Origin: Macrostomum lignano
Taxonomy: Eukaryota
DNA length: 64,000 nt
Direction of reading: 5' to 3'
Assembly (NCBI GenBank): GCA_002269645.1
Contig: NIVC01000912.1
Coordinates: 7,253-71,252 of the forward strand
Positions 32,250 through 46,013 of this stretch are shown here, piece after piece. The notes below the pieces were generated by a model, which was not told the DNA's origin, made no database searches, and was given only the letters and a program-made list of their open reading frames with translations. The translations under genes and the position numbers were made by a program. The stretch's first letter is position 1. Every line of letters starts with the position of its first letter.

Positions 32250-35200
32250 CTGCCGTCTACCTAGAGTAGACGCCTGGTCCAACACAGTCAGCAGCAGGTG
32301 TCCCAGCTCGTTAGTCACAACGCATCTCCAAGTGTCCAGGAATGCGTCAAGATTCTCCTGCGCCACTTTCGACGCCGGGGTCAGCACCTCCAGAGCGCGC
32401 ATCGAGGTCAGCAGCATGTTGCCGAGGGTTTGCACGTAGTACTCCAGCCAGTCCGCGGCAGCCCACCAGCACGGCGGGCAGGAGTGCAACTGCGAGATCA
32501 GCAGGCAGACGGTCAGGCAGCGCTCCCACGCCAGCTCGAAGCCATGCCAGTCCAGCGCCTGTGCCACCTGCACCGAGTGGCCGATCAGACCGCGTTCGCT
32601 GGCCAGCTGTCCGAGAATTTGGTGATCGGGCAGGCGGGGACTGCTGCGGGACTGCCGCTCCTGCTGGCGTCTGGCGGGAAGGTGAGAGTTGAACTACTGA
32701 GTCTTCAGTGTGCCGCCTGCTGCCACCCTCCATGAGTCTTCAGTGTGCCGCCTGCTGCCATCCTCCCTGAGTCTTCAGTGTGCCGCCTGCTGCCACCCTG
32801 GAGTCTTCAGCCTGCCGCCTGCCGCCACCCTCCCTGAGTCCTTGAGTCTTCAGTGTTCTGCCTGACGCCACCCTCCGTGAGTCCCTGAATCTTCAATGTG
32901 CCGCTTGCTGCCACCCTCCCTGAGTCTTCAGTGTGCCGCGTGGTGCCCAACCCCCCCTTCTGAGTCCCCGAGTTCTCAGTGTGCGCCGCCGCTGAAACCT
33001 CTCACAGATCCTTTTAAAAGACAAAGGTTAGCGCGAGCCCCACCTTGCCACCACATCGGCCAGACTGTCCAAGCTCAGCCGCATGTGAGCAAGGACGTCG
33101 GCGCGCAGACGCTGAGCGCAGGTGTTGTCGGGATGCCGCAGGTACAGCTTGGAGGCTGTCAGCTGTAGCCCGACCGCCTTCTCCAAGGCCGAGCGCATGT
33201 GAGCCAGCTTGCAGCGGGCGATTTCGCATTTCACGTCTGCCTGACGCTCCCCGGACAGCTGTCCGAGCTGCACCATGTGCTGGCCGAGCTCCGCGAATTG
33301 AGACATGAACTCAGCGAAACTGCGGGACGGATGGGGCGTGGGATCGCTATCCAGTCATGAGATCCTCATTCTCTACCCACTCTCAGATTCATAGTCTCCC
33401 ATTCTCTCTGTCGGATCTCTTATCCTATCCCCTCTTTATGATCCTTACTCTCAATTCTCTCTCAGATAAAAATTTTCTAAGTTCCCTCTCTCTGATCCCC
33501 ATTCTCTCTTCCCGTTCTCTGATCCCCATTCTCTCTTCCCGTTCTCTGATCCCCATTCTTTCGTTCCCCTTCTCTGATCCCATTCTCTCATTCCCCTTCT
33601 CTGATCCCATTCTTTCAATCCCTTCTCTGATCCCATTCTTTCAATCCCTTCTCTGATCCCATTCTCTCATTCCCCTTCTCTGATCCCATTCTTTCAATCC
33701 CTTCTCTGATCCCATTCTTTCATTCCCTTCTCTGATCCCCATTCTCTCATTCCCCTTCTCTGATCCCATTCTCTCATTCCCCTTCTCTGATCCCATTCTT
33801 TCAATCCCTTCTCTGATCCCAATTCTCTCATTCCCCTTCTCTGATCCCATTCTTTCATTCCCCTTCTCTGATCCCATTCTCTCATTCCCCTTCTCTGATC
33901 CCATTCTCTCATTCCCCTTCTCTGATCCCATTCTTTCAATCCCTTCTCTGATCCCATTCTTTCATTCCCTTCTCTGATCCCCATTCTCTCATTCCCCTTC
34001 TCTGATCCCATTCTTTCATTCCCCTTCTCTGATCCCATTCTCTCATTCCCCTTCTCTGATCCTATTCTTTAATTCCCCTTCTCTGATCCCATTCTTTCAT
34101 TCCCCTTCTCTGATCCCATTCTTTCATTCCCCTTCTCTGATCCCATTCTCTCATTCCCCTTTCGCTGGGATCCAGTCCCTAATTCTCTCTCTAATCCCCA
34201 ATATCCCATTTATCTCGAATTCCCAATATTCTCCGCTTGATTATGATTTTCTATATCAATTGTTGCAACATATCGGTAGCCAACACAACCGCAGCTACTC
34301 TACAGTTTAGAAGCTCACCTACTCCGCTTGGCCAGCTCAGTTAGGCAGGCGGTCACCCTGTCCTTAGCGGCCAGCAGCTGCAGCACAGTAGCCTGATCGC
34401 CCAGCACCAGTACCCTGGTGACCGCCTGCACCAGCCGCTTAGCCGCTTGCACTAAGCTGTGCCGATCGCAGGCGTAGACAACCCCTCTGCCCGGCTCCAT
34501 CTGGTACTGAGTCTGCTGGACAATGGCCTGGCCAGCCTGCCTAGCCAGGTGGCAGGCTTCGCTCAGCTCGGCTGCCAATTGCGGATTCTCGCCAGCCACC
34601 AGCTGACCAGCCGAGACAAACTGCTCAACAGCTTGGCCAACTCGGACGCCCATCTCGCTGACTAATTGAGCTATTCGCTCAGTTTTGCCCAGGTCGCATC
34701 GGCTGCTAAGCAGGCTTTGAATCTAAGGCAGGGAGTTGGGAAAATTTTGTAGCAAGCTATGCTGCAGCTTTTGTAGGCTGTCAAAACCCCAGCTAGAAAC
34801 AATGAAAATCATTTGACCCACCCTAACACTGAAACAGGCTTGAAAGCTAAATTGCGTTGAGCTGATAAAAACCAGCACTTACCTACCTTATATATTTTAA
34901 TGAATGTCCCTTAGATATAACAAGCATAATCAAAATATCAATTTTTTAATAAAGAAGCTAATATGTCACCTTCAGACCCTTTGCAACTTTTTATATATTC
35001 CTAAAAGATAAATAATTTATTTTGCATAAATTCCTAGCTACTTTTGATATTTTGTAAACAATCTGTAGAAATAAGTGATTTAAAAAAGTAAGCAAAGAGA
35101 AAACTCAGAATATTTTTTATTTTAAATGATCTAAGCAACAATAAGCATTTAATTATAAAATCATTTGATTATTTTAGTAATTTACTCCTCTTGTATCTAC

Positions 35201-35431
35201 ACGTATCACTCACTATATACAATTGTGGATGTACTCCTACTTTGCAATAAGGAAAAAAGACAATCTACCATAGGGTGCCTAAATTTGGTGAAAGAAGCAT
35301 ATTGCTGATTTCGAATTAAAATCTTTGTCTTTACTTACGTGTTTTACAAATGGAAACAAAGCCTTTTCAATTGACTTTGAGTGAACATGGGCAATTAATG
35401 CCGTCACATCATCATTACTGAGAGTGCTCAT
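32250..35431 (-). CDS. CTNNAL1: Alpha-catulin-like (vinculin/alpha-catenin family); exons 35431-35339, 34722-34319, 33319-33044, 32670-~32250; 3' end unresolved
   Basis: HSKSIEKALFPFVKH/IQSLL, VGQAVEQFVSAGQLVAGENPQL, AAKRLVQAVTRVLVLGD, LTASKLYLRHP and PASKVAQENLDAFLDTW parallel alpha-catulin. First three introns are GT-AG and phase-consistent. Confidence 0.82.
32697..32980. repeat. ~35-bp degenerate repeat (GAGTCTTCAGTGTGCCGCCTGCTGCCACCCTCCCT), catulin intron 3
   Basis: Direct inspection. Confidence 0.85.
33490..34160. repeat. 27-bp minisatellite (CTCTGATCCCATTCTYTCATTCCCCTT), catulin intron 2
   Basis: Direct inspection. Confidence 0.95.
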
Positions 35432-36247
35432 TTTTTGTATTATATATCCTCAAGTCAACTTGCAGAAAAATACACGAATAAAAAGCGATTATTCATGCCC
35501 TCAATACACAACTTTTTAGCAGAGGGTGCTGAAACTCGTATAAAAGATCTGAATACATTGATAAAAATCGATCATTATGCTCTCGAGTATTTCAGTTGTC
35601 TTAATGCACAGTTAAGTGAATAAATTTTAGCAGCCGAAGCAAATACTAACGTATACTTTCAGGTACCAGCTCTATAGCTCTAGTCTACTGTCGGTAGGCT
35701 AGGCTCTAGCTTGATGAGCTGATTTTAAATTATTTTTTAACGTGAAAACACAAATTAAAATTAGATATACGCGTAAGAAATGTCCATAGCTATGAAGACA
35801 GATTTTTTTATTGAAATAAAAGGATACAGCTATCAATTTAGTGCAGTATTATAAATATTTATGCCAGTATAGAAAATTATACTTTAAGTTTTGCTATAAT
35901 TTATGGTGTAACCCGTTAATAATTTAACGTAGCCCGGTGTTTCTAGAATAATTTGCAAGCTTGTAACCAGACTTTTTATTTGTAGTATTTCCTGGAAAGT
36001 ACAAGCGTAATAATCCAGTTCCTTATGTGATAAATAGGCAATTAGATAATAGCATGCACGGTAAGCAATTATTTAGGCCCTAGACAAACCTACTTGGAGC
36101 GTTTGGAGATTTTAAAGCTATTAATCCTAATCGCCTATCGCCGGTCGGCGAGTCCTACCAGTCTTTCTCCAATAGCCGCAGGTACAGTACAAGAAAATAA
36201 AGAACACGAGGGAACACAACCGAAAGATTTAGAGAGTGATAATCCTA

Positions 36248-37208
36248 TGTGATACAACTGATAATTGGCTAGACGATTTAATTTGATTACTCAAGTTACA
36301 GGATTCAAGCAAATTCGCGACGCAGATAATTAGACTGATGATAACGAATAATAACGATTAATAATAATGATTATATTACGCACTGACAAGCGGATCTCAG
36401 CTGAGGAAGAAGAAGGAGGCACCGAACACAACCACGGAGAAGACTCCTAACCCCTGGCCTAAGCCAGAACCTACACTCAAACGAGAGCCCTGCCGAACCG
36501 ACCGTTCAACGGAGTACCGACTAAATTCTATCGGCACTGCCCTTCAGTGTAACACTGAGGCCCTCGGGTCGAGGCCGCGTACTTGATCAGATCCGACAGT
36601 CTCTATCTAACCGCGCTTGATAGCGACGACTTCAGACAGAAATTTGCCGTAGACGTTACGCCACAAGACTACTGCGGTTGGGCGGGAACAAAGATATGGA
36701 CCGGGGGTGATGAATTCAGGCGCCTCAAAGCGCGAACCAAAGGGAAACAGCTAGGCCACCGGCCGGGAGACAAGACAAAACCGGGGAAAGAGAGCAAGCA
36801 GGAAAAAGGCGAGATCCGATTGCCAAAACACACTTTCATTTATAGTCAGAGTCACAACCCCTCAAAACCCCCCTCAAGCCGGGTGGTGGTCGTCTGGCCG
36901 GCCGCTTGCTTAAGCCGAATTGCACTGTGCCCGCGGCGCCGGGTAGAATTGGAACTTGCCGCGTGCCAGGGTCCAGGCCGGTTCTGATTGGCTGGCCGCG
37001 CAAAGCTGGGGTTCGCAGACAAACTCAACCCTCCGCTGAGTCACAGATAGCGTCTGACTTCTAGCCTGTTTACGCAAAATTGATTCTAACTAACAAGGAA
37101 AAAGTACACCAAAAACGTATGACTAAACTAAAGCAAAATAACAATTCAATAACAATATAGAAACTAATGCAGTCAATTTACAACAAAATACACGCAAAGA
37201 TGCTCACA
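36248..37208 (-). mobile_element. Probable solo LTR, about 960 bp
   Basis: Bounded by TGTGA...TCACA and flanked by CTA on both sides (imperfect 4-bp TSD ccta/cta). GC-richer than its AT-rich flanks. Minus-strand CCAAT (~36990) and TATAAAT (36844-36838). No coding content. Confidence 0.45.
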
Positions 37209-39908
37209 CTACACTTAAGTGGGGACCTATATAATTATTCATAATAGTGTTTATGTATGAATCTAATTTTTTAACATTTTGTCCCTTTGGAATTTCAAGT
37301 GTAAGACCAACAAACTTTTTGCTTTATCTAGGCAGGCCTAGTAGGCCTAAGCAATACAATACAATATGTCAATAGATCCATTTTGCAAGTGCATAGCCAG
37401 AAATTTCCTTTGGGGGTTGGGGATAAGATAGGCCACCTCTAGGGAGGGTCGTGGAGGAATAGGCCACCCCTAGGTTAGGAAAAACGAAATATACTAAAAA
37501 ATAGGCTTCAAAATTTTTTGCTGTTTAGTTTGGGTGGATCTACATTCCCCTGGCCCCTATCTGGGCCCTCCCTAAGCCCTAGTATAGGCCCCTGCCCTGT
37601 CCACTTGTTGAAACAGTGCTTGGGACTTGGTTAAATTGACAGCTTGCAAGTTGCATTTTTTCTAAATTAAATTAAATAGGCCTATGAAAATTGATATGTA
37701 TACAACTTTGTTGGCTAGGCCTAATCATTTTTGGCTTTTAGGCCTACCAATATTAAAACAAAATTAATTAATTAAATTTAAAATGTACATAATGGGAGTG
37801 GGGTGGCTATACATTAGACAACAATCAGAATAAGGTTGCTGATCAAGAATAAGGGGTAAGTAAATCATTATGCAAAATTGCAAAATCATACCATTTGCTT
37901 AATATTTTAATGTTGGTTTAATTTGATGTTAGGCCTAATAAAAACTAATTGGCCAAAGTTGTACATATGCTAGGAAAATAGATATAAATCTAAGTATAAT
38001 GTTAAGACCTAAAAGAAAGTAGAAATAGGCTAGGTCTATATTTTATTAATATATTTTTGCTATATTTTTGCTAGCTAGCTTTATATTTGTTTTTCTCTTT
38101 TTGCAAATTTTTATAAGGCCATAGGCTAAGGCCTAGTATTTTTTCAAACCAAAAAAATTGGCTATTACTTTGTGCTTTGCCTTTGTTGAATTAAATCTTT
38201 GACTTTAATAAGCTAATAATAAGCTATATTAAGTATAGGCCCTAGCTAAATGCTATAAAACTTTTTAGAAAATAGTTTTGTTTAGAGTATCCTAATTTAT
38301 AATTCTATTTTAGTTTTTCATAACATAAGCAAAACTTATTATCTATATTTATATCTATTAGAACTATCCAAAAGCAAAAGTTTTTTGAAGAGATTGAGGG
38401 CCTAAAATGTTTTGTTTAAGCCTATTTAAAGTTTTAGTTATATATATATATGTATATAAATCTAACCTTATAAAATTTTAGGCAAGAAAACATTAAATTA
38501 ATAGCAATTCTATTTGTTTTGCACTTTGTTTACGCCAATATTATAATCTCTAACCTTGCTAGTATTTAGCAATATATATTTTCTATCATTGCTACTACTC
38601 ATATAAGTAATTATATATTGCATCATTAATAATGCAATTATCCACTTATGTAAGAGTAATATTATAACTAATGATATTTGTATATATTAAAAATATTGAA
38701 CCCATATTTTTGCATATTTCTTAATAGATTTGCTAGTTTGGTTATATACTTATCTATAGAAGTGCTTGTCTATAGCCTAATCTATTAGGGAGGTACAATC
38801 ATAGCATACATGCGCAACAGTCAGCCGAGTCGGCCAATCTGGCTCACTGATTTGGCAGCCAACCAAGGTAAATCACAAAAATGCCCACCCAAATAAATAC
38901 CCAAGTAGTACTAAATAGATAATGAGGCATTTTGCCTTGATAAGACAGTTATAGTTATTCCTGCTGTTTACCCAAGTAGCATTAATTTTGCTCCAAGTTT
39001 TCTTTTACATGTAAGTTGCATTTTTGGCCAAAAACTATATCACATTTTTTGTTAAAACTAAGTTGCACGGCTGACTAAATTTTGGAGGTTGCATGTGTAT
39101 GAATTATAGTCCCTAGTCAGAGCTTTTGTCCTATATCTAAGGGATATACAAAGAGAAATAAGAAAGTTATAATTGCAAAGCAGATTACAAAGTGAGATAA
39201 TATATATTCTCATTAAGGGAGAATTGAAAAAATGTCCAACAAATTATATTTTTTCATTTGTTGATAAATCTTATGTCACTTTGTATAGTGAGGATAGAGT
39301 TGGGATAATTATTAAATTACTTAATTATTTAAGGAAAACTATAAGGCTAGGGTCTATATTTTTGGAGAGACTAGGAGAGACAAGATAGTATATGCAAGAA
39401 AAATACAAGGGTACAATAGTACAAAAATTTTATATTATCATTCAAAGAAGTAATTTAATTCAATAGCCTAGTGTAAGATTATACCCTTTATGAATTGCTT
39501 TTATCATTGTAATTGATGATTGCAAAGTGCAAGTTTCTTTATTTTTAATGTTTTTATATGAATGCTACTTATTTACTTGCTAATAAAATAAATAGTTTTT
39601 CAACAATAATAATAACAACAATAACTAATACTTCTACTATTAGTATTACTATTACTACTATTACTACTACTTACCAGTTAGCTATGTTTATATTGTCTGA
39701 ATTGTGTTGGTAGCCAATTGGCATCACAATGGACTTTTAAAACTACTAACTAGTAGGCACTACAGATTACATAGAACAATTTTAGCCAGCCAACAAGAAT
39801 TTAATTGACAGTACTATTTAAGCACCGCAGGCAATATTTATTTAAGATGAAAGCTTATATTTAATCTGACAATCCACCTTGCAGCTTGCTAGTGTCAGCC
39901 AGCCAGCC

Positions 39909-42900
39909 ATGTCCGACATGGATGAAGTTGATGGCACCGGATCGGCGGCCAACTCCGCTATTGGCGCCAGCGCCGCCGGCAGCGACTGCGGCGACAGCGA
40001 CGTCGGTGCCGACGCGGCCTCTCTGTCGCCCAGCCGGATGACGCTGCGCCGCAAGCTGGCCCAGGTGATGCACGAGGCTGTCGTGCTCGATGCCGACGGT
40101 CCCGATGGCAAGTCCCGCGTTATCTGCCCGTCCTGCGACAAGTCGCTTTATGACAAAGCCGCACTGCGCGTCCACTTCAAGTCGGTGCACCTGAAGATTG
40201 TTTACAGGTGCACCGTGCCCCGCTGCCCGCTCTGGTTCAACACCAAGTGGTCCCGGAATCGCCACGTGGCCAATAAGAACCCCGGCGTGCACGACGGCCC
40301 GCCCAAGCCGCTGCCCGAGGGCGCCATCTTTGCCGACGATGACGACGCACCAACGCCTGGCGTGATGCAGAGCGCCGGCTGCGGCGACTCGCCCGCCTCA
40401 ACCCCAACTAAGAGGCCGGCGTCCGCGTCCAATTCTTTGATGTCGCCGCCTCCACCTCCGCCGCCGCCGCCACTGCCTCCTCCGCCGCTGCAGCCGCCGG
40501 CGCCAACGTCCGGTTCGTCGCTAGCTCCACCGCAGCCGCAGCCGTCGCAGCCACAGCCGCCTCCGTCAGCGGCGCCTTCAGTAACAACACCGTTGGCCAA
40601 CCAGGCACCTCTAGCCACCGGCTATTTGCCGTTGCGCCAGGCTCTGGAACGGCTGGTCGACGCTTTGCAGCGCACCGACCCAAGCCAGCATTTCGCTTAT
40701 CCACCTTTGGACGCCGCTGGAGCTTCGGCCGCAACTGTCGGCAGCCGGCCGCCAACCGATTTGCACAGCATGCGGCTGATGATTCGCGCCGGTCGCTACG
40801 TCACCTACGGCGCGTTTCGGCGCGACCTGTTGGCCATGGTGGAAGCGTTCAGACGGCGGCACGCGCGGGATCCGGCTCTGCGCGAGGCCGCTCAGGTTCG
40901 GGATTTGAAAATAATGAACAACGCCTTTAAAGCCTATCAAAACTGGCCCGCCTCTGCGATCAGCCCTCCCTTTTACACCCCATCGAGATCCACTCCCTTA
41001 CACCCTATAGAGATCCACTCCCTTACACCCCATCGAGATCCACTCCCTTACACCCCATCGAGATCCACTCCCTTACACCCTATAGAGATCCGCCCCCTCT
41101 ACGCCCTATAGAGATCCGCCCCCTTACATCCCAGAGGTCCGCTCCCCTCCACTACACCTCATAGAGATCCGCCCCCCTTACACTTACACCCTATAGAGGT
41201 CCGCCCCCTCCCTTACACCCCAAAGAGATCCGCCCGCCCCCTCTTACACCCCATAGAGATCCGACCGCCCCCTCTTACACCCCAAAGAGATCCGACCGCC
41301 CTCTTACACCCCAAAGAGATCCGACCGCCCTCTTACACCCCAAAGAGATCCGACCGCCTTCTTACACCCCAAAGAGATCCGCCCGCCCCCTCTTACACCC
41401 CATAGAGATCCGACCGCCCCCTCTTACACCCCATAGAGATCCGACCGCCCCTCTTACACCCCAAAGAGATCCGACCGCCCTCTTACACCCCAAAGAGATC
41501 CGACCGCCCTCTTACACCCCAAAGAGATCCGACCGCCCTCTTACACCCCAAAGAGATCCGACCGCCCTCTTACACCCCAAAGAGATTCGACCGCCCTCTT
41601 ACACCCCAAAGAGATCCGACCGCCCTCTTACACCCCAAAGAGATCCGACCGCCCTCTTACACCCCAAAGAGATCCTCCCTACACCCCTTACACCGCCGCC
41701 TCCCGCATACCCGATCGGTAACTGCCCCCATAAAGCGATACGGCCACTCGCCAATGTAACCGCAGGTGATGTCGGAGAACCTGGTCGCGCTGGAGTCGCA
41801 GATAGTCCGAGCGGCCAACGGCACCAACCAGTTCGGCCTTAATCCCCAGCTGCTGGCCAATCCGGACCAGCCTGAGCCTGGCACAGCCGAGTCTGCGGCT
41901 GCATCAACAGCTACTGTCAAAGTCGACCAGTCGGCGGCGGCCTCGGGCTGTCGGGATTCGTCGAATCAACCGCCAACAACTCTGACAACTTTGACCACCG
42001 CGTCTCAGCAGCAGCAGCGTCGCGCAGGCGGCGGCGGCATGACGATTGGCGAGCAGGTGGGCCGGCTGCAGAGCGGCACACCTTGCCTGGTGGGATTCAG
42101 AGAGGATAAACGGAATCGAGTTGCGCCGTTTAAGTAAGCATCGCTTGTTTATTTAACTTACGAGTAAAAAAGTTTGAAAAGTGTGGTTAATATTCCCGAA
42201 AAATAAACATAAAAGCTACCATTCAAACGCCGAAACTACCATCCCAACCCGAAACTACCATCCCAACCCAAAAATACCATCCAAAACTCGAAACTACCAT
42301 CCCAACCCGAAACTACCATCCCAACCCAAAAACTACCATCCCAACCCAAAAACTACCATCCCAACCCGAAACTACCATCCAAAACTCGAAACTACCATTC
42401 AAACGCCGAAACTACCATCCCAACCCGAAAATACCGTCCAAAACTCGAAACTACCATCCGAACCCGAAACTACCACCCCAACCCAAAACTACCATCCCAA
42501 CCCGAAACTACCATTCAAACGCCGAAACTACCATCCCAACCCAAAACTACCATCCCAACCCAAAACTACCATTCAAACGCCGAAACTACCATCCCAACCC
42601 GAAACTACCATCCCAACCCAAAACTACCATCCCAACCCAAAACTACCATCCCAACCCAAAACTACCATCCAAACGCGAAACTACCATCCAACCCCCGAAG
42701 CTAAGTGCAGAGAAGACGGCGGCATGCATTCCAAAAAGTGTCGCTGTCCCACCCGCAGGCCAGTCTACTACGATCCATTCTCCTCGTTCGGTCCCTGCTA
42801 CGATTCCGGCAAAGCTTCGGCCACCCTGGAGGATACGCAGCTGCTGTCCGAGCAGGTGCCGCCCGGCTGCACCCTGGATTACCGGCCGGAGCACCCGCCC

Positions 42901-43092
42901 GGAGGCGACCATTTCGCCTTCCACTTTCTGGCGGCCTACGCCCGCGACCATCCGGACCTGTTTCTGGAGGAGTCCCGCCAGCCGCTGGAGGCCTCTCTGC
43001 AAGGCTCCAACTCCACCTCCGACCAGCTGAGATTGGCCAGGCAGGTGCTGGAGAACGGGCTGGACTGCGACGCCGCCTTGGGGCCGCCTTGA
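39909..43092 (+). CDS. Chimeric protein, ~562 aa: basonuclin/disco-type C2H2 pair, Pro-rich linker, degenerate bromodomain, BRD7/BRD9-type DUF3512; exons 39909-40895, 41766-42133, 42759-43092
   Basis: CPSCDKSLYDKAALRVHFKSVHL-CTVPRC...SRNRHVANKNPGVH (BNC/disco); PLRQALERLVDALQRTDPSQHFAYP (BRD7/9 bromodomain start); GRLQSGTPCLVGFREDKRNRVAPFK-PVYYDPFSSFGPCYDS (BRD7/9 GRLQSG...FKEDKRNKVTP...SSYAP.YDS). Phase-consistent GT-AG junctions. Confidence 0.88.
40970..41665 (+). repeat. ~29-bp C-rich minisatellite (TTACACCCCAAAGAGATCCGACCGCCCTC), intron 1 of the ZF-BRD gene
   Basis: Direct inspection. Confidence 0.93.
42215..42692 (+). repeat. 19-bp C/A-rich minisatellite (CCCAACCCRAAACTACCAT), intron 2 of the ZF-BRD gene
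   Basis: Direct inspection. Confidence 0.93.
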
Positions 43093-43263
43093 CTGGCTGG
43101 CTGGCTGGCTGACTTTCTTGGGGTTTCTGGGAAGTCACTTTGGTTATTGCACAGGTTTTGTCAACTACTTATTCGATATTGAGGGTTTTGGGCTTTTAGT
43201 GTCAATTGAGTTTGACCATCCTCTTATTTCTAGGCCTGCATTTCTGGCTTGTGTTCTACTGCC

Positions 43264-43307
43264 TTTCTGTCTGTCTGCCTGTCTGTCTGTCTGTCTGCCT
43301 GTCTGCC

Positions 43308-43347
<40 letters not shown>

Positions 43348-43360
43348 AGCCTGTCTGTCC
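43264..43360. repeat. (CTGT)n microsatellite
   Basis: Direct inspection. Confidence 0.95.
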
Positions 43361-43930
43361 ATCTCAGTCCATCTTCATCTTCAATGCAGCTCTTCCTAAC
43401 GGAGTGGCTCCGTATAGTTCTTTAAAACCCGTAGCTATCGAAACAAGCAATATTCCGCATTAAATAAAGAACTATTGGTTAAATATAATTCCATTTCCAA
43501 AACTCGCAACGGCTTTTTGATTGATTCAACAGATTGTTTGAATTTTCGTTGCAAGCAGCTCTTGTATTTTGGCAGTGCAATTAAGCTTTACGCCACGCTA
43601 GCAGCTGTCTAATAGCAGACTTACTACTCATAGTAGTTGCATTTCGTCATTTTTGCTAAGTCTGACTGCAGCGCGGGCGCGTCCTGTTATTGGGCCTTTT
43701 TAATGAATGCCTACCCGACCTGTGGTTACAAGCTGCTCTATTCAAACAGTAATATTCTGTCCGTCTATAGATTGCTTGCTATATTAATTTTTATTGCTAT
43801 CTTTTAATTCATTACTATTTACTGTAGCCTAACTGCTGCGATTAAAACATTTCCTCTGCTGAGTCTTATATGCACCGTATGCGCACTTTGAGTTTGGCTA
43901 TGGCTTTCTGTACATCTCAGCATCTCTGTC

Positions 43931-44437
<507 letters not shown>

Positions 44438-45179
44438 CCCCATCTCTCAGCCTCCTCTGTGTACGCGTAAAATCTATAATGTCACTGATTGCGTTTGAAT
44501 TCCTGAGCAACATTCTTAGTACATTCTGCCATCTGAGGCGCGGTCTCTCAAATCAGTGCGTTATTATCGTTAGCGAGTAACTGCACCATAAAATTCCTTT
44601 TATAGCCTGTGCCGTGTTTAAGTTAAGCAGTTTTCTCTCCGCTCTCGATCTCAAGTGTCTTCATTTATTTACCCTGCAATTATCAGTTTCACACTGCGGT
44701 AATTTTGTGCGTTTTTTATTACACTAATTATCTTATCAACATGTACTCTGTTTAATAATGCTGCTATACTACTTATCGAGTAGTTACTACAGTAAAGATG
44801 CACATTTTGGCAACTTTAAAAAAACAATAAGAGCACACAAGATTCTTTATTGCGATTTTATAACATTTATTTAATACGGCTTGCACAGGACTGGTTAGTC
44901 TGTCTTGTTTCTCTCTCTGTCGGTCACTCAGTTCTCTGCGGCAGATTTGCTGTCTGACTGTAAATAATTATGGCCACCTGGTAGTCCTCTTGAATACCGC
45001 ACTTGTTTATGCTTATATCATGCGAAATTCAACTACTTAAAATAATTTAATGTGACTATTTCATTTTCTTTTCTTTCACGGTTCTTGTTTTAGAGCTTGA
45101 AACTACTTCTGTCATTTTATATTTCTAGCTGTATTTCCGTTTTTGGGCAAATTCGTTCAAATGACCCGAGCGGGACAGC

Positions 45180-45935
45180 GGAGGACCATTAGAAGGGCCT
45201 GAAGGTTGTGGCGAAGGACCATTAGAAGGGCCTGAAGGGGCAGCAAAGGACTATTAGAAGGGCCTGAAGAGTGTGGCGAATGACCATTAGAAAGGCCTGA
45301 AGAGTGTGACGAAGGACCATTAGAAAGGCCTGAAGAGTGTGACGAAGGACCATTAGAAAGGCCTGAAGAGTGTGACGAATGACCATTAGAAGGGCCTGAA
45401 GGGTGTGGCGAAGGACCATTAGAAGGGCCTGAAGGGGCAGCAGAGGACCATTAGAAGGGCCTGAAGGGCAGCAGAAGACCATTAGAAGGGGCTGAAGGGC
45501 AGCGGAGGACCATTAGAAGGGCCTGAAGGGCAGCAGAAGACCATTAAAAGGGGCTGAAGGGCAGCAGAAGACCATTAAAAGGGGCTGAAGGGCAGCAGAG
45601 GACCATTAGAAGGGCCTGAAGGGCAGCAGAGGACCATTAGAAGGGCCTGAAGGGCAGCAGAGGACCATTAGAAGCGGCTGAAGGGCAGCGGAGGACCATT
45701 AGAAGGGCCTGAATGGCAGCAGAAAACCATTAGAAGGGGCTGAAGGGCAGCGAAGGACCATTAGAAGGGCCTGAAGGGGCAGCAGAGGACCATTAGAAGG
45801 GCCTGAAGGGCAGCAGAGTACCATTAGAAGGGCCTGAACGGGCAGCAGAGGACCATTAGAAGGGGCTGAAGGGCAGCAGAGGACCATTAGAAGGGGCTGA
45901 AGGGCAGCGGAGGATCATTAGAAGGACCTGAAGGG
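45180..45935 (+). repeat. ~31-33-bp minisatellite (GGACCATTAGAAGGGCCTGAAGGGCAGCAGA) just upstream of neuferricin
   Basis: Direct inspection. Confidence 0.93.
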
Positions 45936-46013
45936 TCCTGAGCTTTCTTTCTGTCAGACTTTAAAATCGTAGCAATAATGCTAATCCCATTACCCAAGAA
46001 AGCAATACTTTAA

